Positions 62,721 through 64,000 of a stretch of 64,000 nt of DNA are shown here, piece by piece (positions within the stretch are counted from its first letter, which is position 1; each line of letters begins with the position of its first letter). The notes under the pieces were generated by a model. It searched no databases. It was not told the origin of the DNA and worked only from the letters and a program-made list of their open reading frames with translations. Made by a program: the position numbers and the translations under genes. This DNA comes from Octopus sinensis (Eukaryota): the NCBI RefSeq assembly GCF_006345805.1, contig NC_043000.1, positions 2,046,001-2,110,000 of the forward strand, given 5' to 3'.

Positions 62721-63726
62721 GTTTTGTTTAAATTCTTATAACTTAGTGGTTCGACAAAAGAGGTTGATATATCAAGTACCAGACTTAGAAGTAAGTTTTG
62801 GGATTGATTTATTTAGGTGATGTCCTAGGAGGGCCACAGTTTAGCTATAAGGAACAAGTAAAAGATATCTGCCTGTCTGTCTGTCCGTCTATAAAATATA
62901 TATATGTGTGTGTATCTTTTTATTCTTTTATTACCTTCTATTTTTTTAGTAGTGGGTAGCGATTTAGTAGTGGGTAGTGGTAGCGATTTTCTTGACTACT
63001 TCAGGGAGTGATGACCCTGCCTGACATGAGTCCCGGGCTCAGCTGGCTCTGGCTGACAGTACTCGGTATGGGCCCCTATCCAGGGTTACGGAAAGGAGAC
63101 AACCTTCAAAGAAATCCGAAGTGGAGCCCCATAGGCGGTTTAGTGTTTGACTCAACACTCTTCCGGCAGCTCCTGCAACCAAGCTGGCGCCAAACGTAAT
63201 GCTCCGCACTCCTTTGGACTACTTCAGCAAGGTCGAGAGAGGAATCCTGACGATTGGGCTACCCAGGATTTTCTTATTTCTAGCCCAGGCCTGCGCAAAA
63301 CTGGAGAGGACACTTCAGTGCTGCTGTAAAAAGTGGCAGAAAAAACATGGGAGGTAGCAGTCACGAGTGATAAGTCCATTCAGATTAGCGTAAGATATAT
63401 TATTTTAGTTGTTCATTATATAACCAGTACTTATTTCTGGTTTTATTTTATCATTTTATACTCTGTCAGTTGGTTATGATACTAAGTCAACAACTGCCTT
63501 GTTAAATAGTTATGTGTACCAGATGAATAAACACTTATAAACAGACACATGTGCATACAACATGCTCCTGAACAGATTTTGTCTATCAAAATCCACTAAT
63601 AATGTATTGGTCTTTATTATGACAACTGTCTACTGTACTGCCCAGTGGGACTGAACCTGAAACCATGTAGTTCTCAAGTTAACTTTTTAACCCTTCTCCA
63701 TACCTGCACCTTGCAAATGCATACAT

Positions 63727-63759
<33 letters not shown>

Positions 63760-63761
<2 letters not shown>

Positions 63762-64000
63762 GTGCAGGTATGGCTGTGTGGTTAAACATTTGCTTCCCAA
63801 CCACATGGTTTTGGGTTCCGTTCTGCTGTGTTGCACCTTCAACAAGTGTCTTCTAGTACAGCCTCAGGCTAACCGAAGCATGGTGAGTGGATTTGGTAGA
63901 TGGAAACTAAAAGAAGCCTGTCATATATATATATATCTTGATATGTATCTATGTGTGTGTGTGTCTTTATATCTGTTTGTCCCTCACAACAGTTTGACAA
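63760..64000 (+). mobile_element. Old SINE B running off the window end
   Basis: Diverged family match. Confidence 0.7.

Noticed and set aside
19430-64000. The many 60-270 aa ORFs in the track
   Set aside because: All those inspected overlap SINEs, family C/VNTR sequence, microsatellites or decayed LINE fragments; no host-gene exon is supportable.

Overview
This is eukaryotic, AT-rich, repeat-saturated animal DNA. The retroposon and microsatellite landscape looks like an octopus (coleoid cephalopod) genome; that is recognition from memory, not a database result. Only one protein-coding region is supportable: a single-exon CDS at 17134-19287 (minus strand, 717 aa) encoding an LRR-Ig-FN3 type I membrane protein of the LRRN/NLRR type. 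It has a splice acceptor about 140 nt upstream of the ATG and a 5'UTR crowded with uORFs. The first ~9.4 kb is a 22-bp satellite whose long Cys/Leu/Pro ORFs are artefacts. The rest holds several tRNA-headed SINE families (A, B and D here), many 5'-truncated RTE LINE 3' ends (family C), RTE and CR1 reverse-transcriptase fragments, MITEs, a Helitron-like element and microsatellites. I did not find a convincing new multi-gene system. The best leads are: a ~465-bp palindromic element whose mismatches are tandem G.A pairs with a GCGAAAGC tip (14825-15290); an unclassified repeat present both as a 1.25-mer direct repeat (28.3 kb) and as a foldback (57.7 kb); two decayed hammerhead-ribozyme motifs; a 22-bp minisatellite born inside a SINE microsatellite; and a local inverted duplication of an already dead RT. 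Indel-rich patches suggest poorly polished long-read consensus, so some duplications may be assembly artefacts. Repeat boundaries were read by eye and are approximate.
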